The position numbers and the translations under genes were made by a program. A model generated the notes under the pieces. That model was not told the DNA's origin and did not search any database. It saw nothing but the letters and a program-made list of their open reading frames with translations. A DNA stretch of 64,000 nt from Blepharisma stoltei ATCC 30299 (lineage: Eukaryota > Protista > Ciliophora): the NCBI GenBank assembly GCA_965603825.1, contig CBFDEM010000019.1, forward strand, positions 62,001 to 126,000, in the 5' to 3' direction. This document shows, one piece after another, positions 12,091 to 24,901 of the stretch; position 1 is the first letter of the stretch, and each line of letters starts with the position of its first letter.

Positions 12091-13473
12091 CTATTATAAC
12101 AGAAATCTATTGAAATTTACTATAAAACTAATTTAATAAATCAATTGTGAAGCCATCTATTTCAGATTGAGTTGGTTGGCATAAAACTTAATTAATTTAA
12201 GCCTGTCCACTCAATGCAAATAGGGGTTGCCGGGATTAATGTTTATATTGTTTTGACGCTGGCTGGGTGCACAAATTTCCTAGGCTAGGTCTGCTTAGTT
12301 ACACCAGCTAATCTTGAAAACGATGCTTTTGGCTTTAAAGACTTATAAATTAGCTATTTCTGTTTCCTCTGCTTAGCGTAACAGCTAAGGATACCCAGAT
12401 GAAGCGTAAATCTACAGGTGTAATTTTTATAATTTAAGCAGATGCATATAGACAAATATATCTAAAAATGAATAATATCTAATTATTTAAATAAAGTAAC
12501 TATTATTATCAAAATACCATTTTAAAATATTCGATTTATGATATTTGCAAGGCTGTAGTATAAAAGAAGTTTGTCCATACTCAATATAATAGCTATTAAA
12601 TATCAAAATACCTTACATTTTATTGTGAATAGCCCTTAGGGGGTCTTATATCGAAAAAGACGAAATATTTTTATTTAAATTTATCTTACAGCATTGAAGA
12701 CCTTAATTAAGGGGAAAAGATGCTTAATAATGCATAGCCAGCAGGGTATTGCCAATTTCTCAGCCGCTATGTTGAGAATAAGAGCAGTAGCTCACATCCA
12801 TGATAGTCTTGTTCCTTATGTGGTGGGAAGGGTCAGAATATCAATGTCTGGTACGCACTAGGCATTAGGACAGTTTCCTATAATGATACAAGGTGCTATA
12901 TCGAGTTTAAACTTTGTATTAAACAATTAGATATTTCGATTTTTCTAATTTTCTGGATGGCAACCTATAAGCCTACGTTTGCGCTCTGCATGGTCTCCTA
13001 AGTCGTCTGACCTCCGGGAGAATTACATGCTCTTGTCTGAAAGGAGAAATAAGTTCAAGCCTGTGAAGTCTGGCTACCAAGTGATGAAGCGTCATGGATG
13101 GGCTACAGGGGGCTTTTTGATAAGTAGCTAATGTTAATTCTAATGAATTAAAGCAAGCAATTCAATGTTTAAGTTTAAATAATTAAAGATAATTATTTTC
13201 TTACAATCTCGTAGCGTGAAATCCAATTTTTGATTTGATTTTATGAATCCCGAGCTAAAATAGGACAAATAATCATAATTTAAACAGAAATATATATATT
13301 GCTATTATTAAATAAATATTTCCAATCAAATCACTATTATATCATTTAATACCATTTCAATATTTTTGATTTAATGCTTCTAAATTTGCATTTTAAAATA
13401 ATTCAATTAAAATTTTATTTATTAGAAGCTTTTAAATAGCATATTCTTTCAACAATTTAAATTAAAACCTCTC

Positions 13474-13977
13474 TTATTCCAAACGTCATGGATGCTGAAA
13501 TTCAAGATTCTCCTCCATTTCTGATGGAAATTCATTCTCAATATGATACTCAGCCCTTAATTCATCAATACTTCTACCTTTGAATTTACAAGCCATTTTA
13601 GCACAGCATAAATCTCTTAATGGTATCATCATTAAATAGTCTGCTGCTGTCATAAGATCAACAACCATATTTCAATCAGCATCTATAAAACCTGCATCCC
13701 AAGCAGAAGTATTTTCTTCCATTTTTGAAGAAATGATAGGTTTTTTAATAATTGGAGGATCCTTATCTTTATAATGTCTCATATATTCAATTACTTTTTC
13801 AATAACAACTGAATTAATATTTGGTAATGATACTTCTGTTACCTCATTAAATCCTTCTATCATGCTTCTAATAAACGAGGACATAAGAGCTGCACTTTCT
13901 TCGACCTCACAGATGTGCCCTTCTGCACTTCTGAGCCTGATTTTTACTTCTTCTATTTTATTAAAATTATAGAACAT
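13474..13977 (-). CDS. SKP1: divergent Skp1-like protein
   Basis: ORFs 13672..13977 and 13486..13668 joined by TGA. A second TGA at 13486 supplies the C-terminal Trp (FQHP-W-RLE, compare EENLWAEME); TAA 13474-13476. Confidence 0.85.
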
Positions 13978-14309
13978 TGATAAAATGCGTTTTATTTATT
14001 ATGGAGTTAATTTGGTTATAATATTTTGAATTAGGCAGATTTATTTGAATAAGCAAAGGGGTAGAAAAAGTAGTAGAATTAATTATAAAATTTTTTAGGG
14101 CTGCTAGTTAAGTGTAAATCTCTAATATCATTTCCGGTAAAACGTGGCTCAAGTTGGTTAAATAATTTAAGGCTATAAACTGTCCAAGGGCAAGCTTAAA
14201 GGTGCTAAAATTTTTTAAAATTATCTTTTACAATCAATACATTTCAAAATATTGTAATGATAAGCAAAATTTATATTTTAAAAATTTTTACTTATAAAAA
14301 TAAGGCTAA

Positions 14310-14792
14310 TTATTCCATCTCAGCCCATAAATTTTCTTCTCTTATTTTTGCCTCTTCTTCAGGTGTGAAATCATTCTTAATGTGAAATGCGCTTCTAATC
14401 TCTTCTGAGGTTTTATCTTTAAGAAGGGATGCAAGTTTTGCACACAATAAATCCAGCAATGGACTTATACATAGAAAATTTGCTGCAAGGATGAGCTCAA
14501 AAATCATTTCAGTCTCAAGATTAAGAAAATCAACATCCCAAGCTGGGAGAATTTCTTCCAGATTTGCAGTTCTCAAAGGTTTTTCAATTACAGGAGGTTC
14601 TAAATCTTTATAATGTTTAAGATAAAGGAGTATTTTTTCTATAATAGCTGCTTTTATTGGTAATGAGATTTCTTCTTTTCCATCAAACCCTTCAATCATG
14701 CTTCTAAGAATTTGGGATTTAAAAGCTGCTGATTCTTCAATTTCAAAGATTTGGTCTTCCTGGCTTCTCAACTTAACTTTATCTTCTTCCAT
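14310..14792 (-). CDS. SKP1: Skp1 (SCF adaptor) paralog
   Basis: IFELILAANFL...LLDLLCA and KNDFTPEEEAKIREENLW. Confidence 0.95.
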   Translation of the reverse strand: MEEDKVKLRSQEDQIFEIEESAAFKSQILRSMIEGFDGKEEISLPIKAAIIEKILLYLKHYKDLEPPVIEKPLRTANLEEILPAWDVDFLNLETEMIFELILAANFLCISPLLDLLCAKLASLLKDKTSEEIRSAFHIKNDFTPEEEAKIREENLWAEME

Positions 14793-14882
14793 AATTATAC
14801 TTTCTATAATCTATAACTACAAAAAGAAATGCTTTATTTTGGCTTAATTTAAGATAGAATTTGTCAAATAATTAATTAATAG

Positions 14883-17800
14883 TTAACAATTAGCTGATTT
14901 ATTTTCCTCTTCTAGTTCTGGATCATCTGGGATCTCAATTTCAAGTTTATTCTTTTCTAATTTGGCTTTAGGCTTCCTGTATTTTTGCATGACGCTTGCT
15001 TTTTTAGCATTTAAAAGCACAAGAGTCGGCATGATATCTTCGTAGTCTTTGGCAACCAAATAGTCACTATCAGAGTCTGGAAATGCAAATGCAGAATGGG
15101 GAGGAGTTTCTGAATCACGTTTAGTAGAATCGGCCTCCTCTATAATATTTTCTTCAGAAACGCCAAATTTAAACTGTTTTTGAGAAAAAATTTCCTTATC
15201 CCTCTCATTTATAACACCCACCACAATTCCTCCTACGAACGTTCTTCTCACTTTCACAAGCCCTTCTTCAGTAGTCAAATAAGCCAAATGTGGGTCCACT
15301 TCATCAATTTCTATTCCTTCATAATCCTGTATTATTTTTGCACTTATAATCGGTCTATTAGTATCAGGGTCTACTCTTATAGCTCCTTTAAACGTTTTCT
15401 TAATATTGCATTTGTACCCCATAATAGCATGGCTTGCAATCACAATTTCAGGATTATTTCTATCAACACTGCAGTTATAAAAATCGAAATCTCCTTCATT
15501 TTTAACAGTTCTTCCTATCATTCACCTATCCCCAGATCTCATTTGGATATCAACTATTTCAGCCCCAATAAAATTTCTCCTGACCTTTTCTAGCTCATTC
15601 CCTCTTCTGATGATCCCATAATGCACATCTCTTCTATTTACTTCTTGTACTGTATATTCCCCTTTTAAGATTTCTCCATTATCAAAAGCGCCACCTTTAA
15701 ACTCTTTTCTAATAAGAATACTTAATGATGAAGGAATATGCTTGACTTTTATGCATTCAAAATCATATATATCGATTTCTGCATTTATTAGATCAATAAA
15801 AACTTCATCTGTTATGATATCAAATAACTGAGGCTCGTTTTCTTCATCAATAAACTCATGTGAGCTGCTTTCATCTAGCTTTATTTTGAAATTTTGTGCA
15901 AAACTCTCGTCAATCCAGTCATTTTTGGATGATTCTTTAGAAATTTCTTCTTCATGAATCCTATTGGTGTCAGCCAAAATTTCAGTTGGAGAGATATTAT
16001 TTGTGCTTTGAAGCTCCCAGTAATTGTCTCGTGAAGTATCAAAATCGCCTGTCTTTTCTGGGTCAAATGATTTTATTTTATTCAGATCGAGAGTTGTTGC
16101 TGTATCTTTAAAACTGTCAAAAATTTTTGCAGCGTCAATTTCTAAGGACTCAGTTGTTAAAGCAGGGTTAACACTATAGGATTTTAAGGTCTTTAGCGAC
16201 CTTTCTTTTTTCATATGGATTATCAAGGAGATAGCATCTATAATTGAAAAGAAAAGGCAGATTGAAGTAATCCCTAAGCTGTCAAGGGCTAAAATATAGA
16301 CATAGCTACCTGTAGAATACACAAATAAAATCCATATACAAATGCCAATGAGAGGGAAAGAGACTATAAGGATGCTGATGTAAAGAGTATAAAGAAATGG
16401 CTTTAACAGATTGGATTTTCTTTCAAGGTTAGCTTTACAAGACTTCAATCCAAAAAATTTGCATGTACAAAGTCTTATGAATTTAAACGAAATCAAGCCA
16501 CTAAAAAATAAATACGTGATTATTGCACAGCCATTCGCCTTACACCATATTCTAAACGCTGCATCTTTTTTCCAAGTCATGAAATAAAACACAATCAAAT
16601 ATACAATATTCAGCGCAAAATGAAAAATCAATGGCACTATTAAAATTACCAGGGTAATCTGGACCTCAGGATCAGAGCTTAGCAGCTCTCGTCCATGCGT
16701 CCCATCACTAACACTGACTTCTCCTAGTACAGCTAGCCAAGATACAGTCTCCAAGACTGCACAAATGCTTACAGCTGCCCCTGCTATTGAACTGGCTGCA
16801 ATAAACACTTTTCCAGTCACAGCAATTCCTACCCCTATTATGCCTAACCCTGACGATGGAAAAGGCACTTCTTTTACAGCCAAACTTTCTGCGTATTCTA
16901 CAGTAGAATTATCAGGCGGATACTTTAAGCAGACTTCATCATCATAATTGCACGCTTTTACGTTGCATGCAGCATCACAAACTGAATTTTTTAATAATTC
17001 TTCAGTACACCCTGCTGCACATTCTCCAGGGTTTACGTCACTTTTATGGCAAACTCCTGAAACTGCATAATACCCACTAGGACATGTATAAACACAAGTG
17101 TCCTCATATAGCAAAAATATAGAGTCACAGGACAAGCAGCTGCTAGCTGTCGTTTCACAGGTCACACAAGGGTAATCACAAGCTACACAGTCCGTCCCAT
17201 TCTTTACAGTTGAATTTTCAGGACATGAAGACAAGCAGGATCCTTTATAAAGATAATAATTATCTGAGCATTGTAAACAATTCGTATAATTTGCGTCACA
17301 GCTTAAACAGTTTTCAGCACAGCCTGTACACTGTCCATTAATAACGACCATATAGCTAGGGCAAGATTCTACACAGTTACCGTTATATAAATATAAAGGG
17401 TCATAGCAGCTTGTACAGGACGTGGTTAAGTCTGCACAGGTTTTGCAGGAGGAATCACATGAAAAACACTGGTTTCCGGATTTAATTGAGGTGCCTGAAG
17501 GGCATTGAGAGACACAGCTGTTTTCATAGAGGAATTGGTTTGCCTTGCAGGATGTGCAGTTTGAGGTGGAAACGCTGCAGGTTTCGCATTTATTGGAGCA
17601 TTCTTGGCAGATCCCATTAATTTCTGTATAGCCATCATAACAGTCCTCAACACAGGAATTATTTAGAAGTAAATACCCAGAATTGCAGGACGTGCATTGG
17701 GAAATTTCGTCACTACAAGTTTTACAGGGACTCTGGCAGTCAATACAGTCAGTCCCAGAAGGAATAGTCACATTTTCTGGGCAGGTAGAATAGCAAGTGT

Positions 17801-20800
17801 TTTTATATAAATAATGGCTGGATTGACAAGTGGAGCAAGTTGTAGTGGTTGTTTTGCAGGTTAAGCAGTTTGTGTCACAGTCATAACAGATGTTATTTAT
17901 AATAATTTGTCCTACCGCATTGCAGGATTCCACACATTGGGTTTTATATAGAATATTTGATCCTTTACAAGTCAAACAGCTCTTAGAATCTGTCGCACAA
18001 GTATCACAATTATCATCACACAGCTGGCAAATAAAATTTGAGTCAGAATACAGTCCATTCCCACATACACGTAAGCATTCATTATTATAAAAATAAGGAT
18101 ATTGCCCATTTTTATTGCACGAAGTGCAATAATCAGAAGATCCTGAGCAATTTTCGCAGGTATTATTACAAGCTGAACAAGTTTTGGAATTCCCTATATC
18201 AAGATATCCTGTATTACAAGCTGAATGGCAAGCCCCGCTCCAAAAATAAGGCTCAGAAGACGTAGAAATGCAGCTTGTGCACGTATTTGGGAGGTTATCA
18301 CATGTTTCACAAGGAGAATAGCACGTAAAAGTGACCGTTTGTAAGCTGTTTTGGTCTATAGAGTAGCCATCTGAGGTTTTTGTGGTGACTATAAAATTAG
18401 AAGAAGTAGTGGCGATATTGTAATTTTTGAGCCCAGAAATGGTAAAAGAAATAGTTGTGGGTGGATAATCAGTAGAAGCTGATAAGGAACGAATAGTATT
18501 TGAGCTGGTAATAGTGCAGGATGTATTTATTTCAACGATTAGGCATGAAGAAGTAATGGTGATTTGGGAAGGGACAGCTACTTCTATATAGCCTCCTGCT
18601 GGGAGTGTATGTAAAGTTGTTAAGGTAAACTTGTAAGAGGTTGTGGCAGAAATCCCTGAATCTGAAAGAGAAATTTGGAGGTTGGGGAATGATGCAGGCT
18701 GAGTGGCTTGGACTGTGATTTTGCTACTGAGTTTGTCAATACTATAGCCATTTATTAATGTTTCTATAGTAAAAGAAGAAGATGGCTTGGTAGATGAAGG
18801 GTTTATTATGCTATGCAAAATAAAGCTAAAAGCTGAAGTAGTGTCTGATGAAAGTCCTATAACTACTTTTAATTGGCTATTTACTATAGAACAAGCTACC
18901 GATGTAGTTATGCTGCCAGAGATATCACAGTTTGGGCTACTAGGCAGAGAAATTTCGCTTGGAAAGGTTATCAGAAGATACCCGTTATTATACATAGTAT
19001 TATAAGGTGCTATAGTAAAAGTATAATCATTTTCTGTAGCAATAATATTACTAGTTATAGATATGGCTGCACTTAATAAATCATGAGGTGTTGTCATAGT
19101 CACTGTAATTCCACTTTCTAGCTTATCCAAAATCATGCTATTATATTTTGTGTATACTTGAAAAGTGTCAGAAGACTGTGTCGTTATAGGATTTCTTATT
19201 AACCCTATATCAAAAGATAGCAACCCAGGCGAAAAATTGCTAGGGAAGCCTTGATTTACTTGTATAGACGACTCAGAATTAACACATATAGTATTTGAGT
19301 CATACCCCACAAAATTTTGGCAAGCTGAAGTAAGATCGCTCGCAATGATTTGTGACGGGAAATTAATTAAAATTGTCCCCCCTGATGGGATTGTATTTTT
19401 TGTTTGGATTGCAAAAGTATAGGTCGTAATATCTCCTGTGACGTAAGATTTAGGGGTTATTGTAACACTTGTCAAATAATCTGAGGTTGCTGATATACTT
19501 ATACTGCTATCACTGTCTATTTTATATAAAAAAGTAGCATCTGTATATGTTTCTATAAGAAAATTATCAGAAGAAGTTGGCAGCATTGGGTTTATGATAT
19601 TTTCTGCTTGGAATTTTATAAGACCTGAGGTATAGCCATTAGGAAAACCATTAGTCACCCATAAATATTGATTATCGGTGACTGAGCACTGGGCATTTTG
19701 TGCTAAAACACTATTTACGTCTACAGATTTGCAGTTTTTTGCGTCATAATTTGTAAAAGAAATTTGGCTTGGAGCTGTAATTTTTATTGTACCTCCAGCA
19801 GGTATAGGATCTCCACCATAGAATTCAAAAATATATGAAGTGTCTGCATTAATTGTGCTAACTTCATTAGTTATTTTTACATTAGATAGCCCCCCAGCCA
19901 CTGCAGTAACACTATAACTAGTAGCAGAATTATCTGATAAACAAATACTTCCTGAGCTAGTATAGATTTTCATAATAATATATCCAGATGGTTTTGTAGA
20001 TGATGGATTTTGCACATTTATTACGCTAAAAGTAATCGTTGATTTTTCTGCTAAATAGCTTGAAAAACCTGAAGAAATCGATATTAAGTTTTCCGAAATT
20101 GTATATGTCAATGTATGTTGCAGCCCAAAAAATGGATTTATGCTAGTTGTTATTGAAGAATTTACAATAAAATCAGACGGAAATGTAACATCCATATTTG
20201 CCCCAGAAGGGATAGGAGTTGGGCAAGCTAAACTAAACTGATAAGAAGTCTGAGCATTAATAGATTGAGAGCCCATTATTAAAGAAGTCCCATATATAGT
20301 GTTAGGGGTGCTCACTGATACAGATAAGCTAGCAGAGGTCTCTATATATCCACCATTGTAGCCTGTTTGTATTAAAAATCCAGACACAGCCGCTGTGCTT
20401 GGAGGATTTCTAATAGAAGAAATAGTAAAACTGATACTGCCACTAGTAGATTGAGTTAAAGATGCTTGAATTACGCCTGTTGTACATGTACAAGTAATAG
20501 AGCTCTGTATATCTAAATTATTATTACTGGAAACCCCTGCGCAGACTTCATTTCCATCACAATAATACAGTGACGAAGTACTCCCCATATTTAAATTTCA
20601 GGTTGGAAAATTTATATAAATAAGCCCTCCTGAAGGAATTGTATAAGTAGTTTGCATGCTAATTGTCCATGTAGAATAGTCCCCTACTATTTGAGTTCCT
20701 GGGAGTAATTGAGCGCTAATTAAAGATGCGGCGTTGAATGATAAAGAAATTGAGCCTTGGTCTAAGACACTGCCAGAGCTAGAAAGGGTATTTATAGTAA

Positions 20801-21155
20801 AACTCCCTGATGTAGTTGTCATTGGGTTACTGATATTACTTATATCAATATTCACATTCGTAGAAGTTGGCGGAAAACAATTGGAGATAGTCAATACATA
20901 ATTACTAAAACTGCAAGAATAAGTACATGATGACTGTAAACTTTGAACAGAACATGTGACTGAGCCTTGAGGGAGGTTTGTATAAATTGAAGGAAAAGTT
21001 ATGCTGAATTTGCTTGAGGAACTTAAAGATGAGGAATATTTAAAGCTAAAATGGTAATTTGTAGAGGCTTGAACTTGGTAATTGTCTACTGTGAGTTTTA
21101 GTTGTGTTAAATCAGCAGCAAAGACAAATGGGATAATAAAAATTAAAAAGACCAT
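14883..21155 (-). CDS. 2090-aa multi-pass surface protein: signal peptide, about 7 Ser/Thr-rich beta-sandwich repeats, furin-like/CxxC repeats, one LNR (Notch-type) repeat, about 5-6 TM helices, repetitive cytoplasmic tail
   Basis: ORFs 20598..21155, 15522..20588 and 14883..15521 are in frame and joined by TGA at 20598 and 15522. Repeated xNPxxTxxSxxF units, CxxC arrays, LNR CAAGCTEELLKNSVCDAACNVKACNYDDEVC. Confidence 0.9.
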
Positions 21156-21188
21156 TTGAATTTATATATTTCGACATATTTCATATAG

Positions 21189-21728
21189 ATGGGGAGTGGG
21201 AGCTGAAGAAGACATGAAGAATTTGACAGAAAAACACTTAAAATTGAAGGATTTGTCTACGTATGAAGCTCTAAAAGTAACGAATTTTCGAGAAAATGGG
21301 TAAACTTGAATGATGAGATAATAACGTTTTCAAAGGAAAAAGGATCGTATGTTCCTTTATATGGGAGTATTAGTAAGCATTTTAAATTGGTATTTGAGGA
21401 CCTTTTGACGTTGGAAATGATAATTGAGTGCTTTAATAACAAAGGAAAATTAAAAAATTGGAAATTTAAATTCAATAATCAAGCTGAATTTTTGCAGTGA
21501 AGCGAAATTTGTCAAAAAATCACAAGGCCAAAATGAGATGACAGAATATTAAGCAAAACCTGTAAATGCTGCGAGAAGAAATTCACTACATTTTTAAGGC
21601 AGCATCACTGTAGGAAATGCGGAGCAGCAGTTTGTAAGTGGCATTCCACGACACGAATTAGCTTGCCAGAACTAGGCTATTTTAAAAAAGTTAGAATTTG
21701 CCAAAACTGTGCTGATTTTATTAAATAA
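21189..21728 (+). CDS. PH-FYVE domain protein (Phafin-like architecture)
   Basis: ATG 21189, four TGA read as Trp. PH: KIEGFVYVW...SRKWVNL...AEFLQW. FYVE: CKCCEKKF..FLRQHHCRKCGAAVC...VRICQNC. TAA 21726-21728. Confidence 0.9.
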
Positions 21729-21735
21729 AATAGAT

Positions 21736-22878
21736 TTACAAATTTTCTTTAAATACATTGTCTCTAATGTATTCTCCAAATTGCTTATTATGGACTTCTT
21801 CTTCTGTATCTGATAATAAAAAATTTGTGTCGAAACCTATTTTTGTGTCGGATTGCCGCTTTGAGTAAGAATTAAGCCAAGAATCATGCAAAGCTTGACT
21901 TGCAGAAATTCTGCACCCTGGGTCTACTTGCATAAGATTTTTAATCAGTCCTTTTGAGCCTTTGCTTAAATTTTTCGGTATTGTGAATACTCCCATAACA
22001 ATTTTTCTATAAACTTCTTTTTGGTTTTTTCCTCTAAAAGGTTCTTCTCCAGTAAGCATCACGTATAAGCAAACTCCCATTGCTCAAATATCAGCAGCCA
22101 AAGGGTCATAAGTTTTTTTTAATACAATTTCTGGAGCCATATAATAAGGTGTCCCACAATTCACGCTGAATTTTTTTCTCCTTAATGTGTGGGTCGCAAA
22201 TCCAAAATCGATCATTTTTACTTGTTTGTGAGAATCTATCAGAATGTTTCCAAGTTTTATATCCCTATGTGCAATTTTCAGCATGTGGCAATAGGATATT
22301 GCTGACAAAATTTGTTTAAAAATATCTGCTACATCATACTCTTCTAATTTTCGCCGGTGTTTTACATAATCTTCAAGTGAGCAGCCATTAAAATATTCCA
22401 AAATTAAATGTGCGCCTAATGGTGTTTCTCTGATTTCATAAAGTTTAATAATTTTGGGATGATCCAAAAATTTCAGTATTTTTATCTCAGTTTTTAAATT
22501 TTTTTTGCTTTGTGTTGAGCTTATCTTGGTTTTATCGTAACTTTTTATAGCAAATTGTTCTGATGATGTTTTATTTATAGCCAATCTAACGATAGCATAA
22601 GAGCCTTTCCCAAGAATTCTGGTAATAATAAAATCTTCTAAGCCGCTTAGCTTGAAGCACTCTGATGGACGATTTGATATAGGGTTTGTTTCGATTTTTG
22701 TCTTGGTTGGCTGCATTGAGAGGTTTCGCTTGCCGGATATTAATGGGAACGAAGGGGTTTGAGTAATTTTGGAAAGCTGTGGGAGCAGCAAAACTTTATT
22801 CACTGGAGAAGGACTGAATTGAGGAGTTACAGTTCTAGGCTGCCTTATTTGAGAGCTGTATCTTTCATAAGCAATCAT
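21736..22878 (-). CDS. CAMK-group (SNF1/MARK-like) Ser/Thr kinase
   Basis: GKGSYA, AIK, HRDIKLGN, DFG, CGTPYYMAPE. TGA 22084 supplies the Trp of ADI-W-AMGV. Confidence 0.95.
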
Positions 22879-22992
22879 TAATGCTTTTTTTGAATCTATT
22901 TTCAGATTAAACTAAAAACATAGTAAAATTCAATTATTGTCAAAAAAATCGTGGAAATTTAAAAAGCTTAATCTTTAAATAATATAATAAAT

Positions 22993-23523
22993 ATGCTTAC
23001 AAGACTAGGCTTGAGGCCACTTTTAAGATTTATGTCTGGTGGGTCTCACCATGCAGAACCAGCAGCCCATCACGACCACCATGCTGCTGAGCATCATGAC
23101 GAGCACGGTCACCACGTCCACCATTCTAATGTAAAAATCCCAGAAGGCTCATGGCATCGAGACACTGATGACGAAGACCAATACTATTACTACAATAAAT
23201 ACGGACCTTTCCACTCTTACAATCTACTTAATCAGTTCAGAACTCTAGATAAGCATAATACTGCTGAAGAAGACCCTTATAGAAACACCATACAAGGTTA
23301 CGTAAACATGGCTGACACTTCCATTGATAGAGTAAACAGCCAAAGAGGAATTCTCGAGTTTATTGGACTTTTATCGTTTTTAATGCTAGCAATTGGGATG
23401 ACCCAAGTTAGAAGCTTATATGATGGAGAAAATTTAGGACCTCAAATCGGAGGAGCTTTGGTTACAGCTCAAGAAATTGAAGATTTCATTGGAGAATTGA
23501 AGAAAAGGAAAAATAATAACTAA
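22993..23523 (+). CDS. probable mitochondrial single-TM protein with His-rich N-region (respiratory-complex accessory subunit candidate)
   Basis: Arg/Leu-rich presequence-like MLTRLGLRPLLRF, His tract, one hydrophobic helix (ILEFIGLLSFLMLAIGMT). Confidence 0.7.
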   Translation: MLTRLGLRPLLRFMSGGSHHAEPAAHHDHHAAEHHDEHGHHVHHSNVKIPEGSWHRDTDDEDQYYYYNKYGPFHSYNLLNQFRTLDKHNTAEEDPYRNTIQGYVNMADTSIDRVNSQRGILEFIGLLSFLMLAIGMTQVRSLYDGENLGPQIGGALVTAQEIEDFIGELKKRKNNN

Positions 23524-23569
23524 AATTATTCTTCAGAAATTAAAGCGTCCATAAGCCACCTGCCATGGA

Positions 23570-24742
23570 TTATTGTGATAGTTTTCCAAACCCAGATTTG
23601 GTGTCGTTTCTGAAGAAGCCGATATAGACTTCTTTGGTTTTGAAGGAAATTTCTTTGCCGAATCCATGCTTTTTGTCGTCTTGAAAATCTCCTTCGTAGC
23701 ATCCTTTCTTATGATAAACTAATTTTCCTTTGCCATTTTTTAGATCATATTGCCAGTGGCCTTCATAATAATCTCCACAAGAATACTTATAAATCCCATG
23801 CCCATGCTTTAAACCATCGACAAAATCTCCTTCATAAGTATCACCATTTGTATATACTTCTTGTCCTTTACCATTCAGTTTTCCATTATCAAAAGTTCCT
23901 GAGCTAGAGCCTCCAAGAGAATAGTGTAGCGTTCCTTCCCCATTTGGGTAATTATCAACTCAGCTTCCTTCATATATGTTGCCATTTGCATAAACTTGTA
24001 TGCCTTGGCCATTTTTACAGTTATTTTTAAAAGATCCTAAATAAGCATTGCCCCTAGAATCTCTATTTCTCCCTTTTATTAAACAATTATTTTCAAATTC
24101 ACCTTCATAATAAGTATCAGTTTCAATATGATAATAAGCACCTTTGCCGTTAAATTTATGGTTTCCTCACTGCCCTATATACCAATCTCCATTAGAAAAA
24201 TTATAACACGTATATCCTTCAAATGGAAATTCATTGGGCAAATAAAGTTTTTCAATCTTATAGCCAATATCTTCAAAATAATCAAAATTTTGTATCAAAT
24301 TATTTATTTCTGAAAAATTATTCGAAAAATCTAAATATAGAGTTTCAAATTCTTGCAAAAAATTTAATGATGTCCTGCTTATAGAAGCAAGAATACAATC
24401 AAGTGGCCTTCTTGCTTCTTCTAGAGAGATTTTTTTTGTAGAATTGACTTTTTCAATTAAATATTTCAGCTGATCTATAAGTTTAGAAAATAGATTTTCC
24501 GCATGTTTTTTATTCATTTCAATTTTTTCTGCTTCTTTATTGTAATAATCACTGCATTTTGATTTTATAGAATACAAAGTTTCTATAGCTTTGAGAGCAG
24601 GGTTTGCAAATTTCTGATGGTCTGCTTCATTAAGAGTTATTTCAAAGGAAGTTCAATTTATTTGTGTGTCGATAAAGTTGGATAACTCAATTTTGGCTTC
24701 TTCTAAATTTAGATGAGAGATTTTTGCTGCATCTAGGTTCAT
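23570..24742 (-). CDS. MORN-repeat protein
   Basis: ATG 24742, TGAs read as Trp, about 8 YxGxF/WxxxxxxGxG repeats. TAA at 23570-23572 as written; an alternative frameshifted end lies at 23526. Confidence 0.9.
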
Positions 24743-24901
24743 TTCTTAAAAATTAAAATACTATAATTTTAATAAACAATTAGGCTTCATGGCATAGTCG
24801 AGTCTTTTAGTATTTAATTATTAAATATTTATTTGTTTATACTCAATAATTGACTTAATGGTTTCTTAGTAAATTAAGCTTATTTAAAGCATATAAATAA
24901 T

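Noticed and set aside
14140-14200. TGGCTCAAGTTGGTTA resembling a tRNA D-arm/A-box
   Set aside because: No B-box (GTTCRA), anticodon arm or acceptor stem follows.
20298-20308. Single TGTTAGGG matching the heterotrich telomere unit
   Set aside because: One copy inside a CDS (TPNT); no tandem array.
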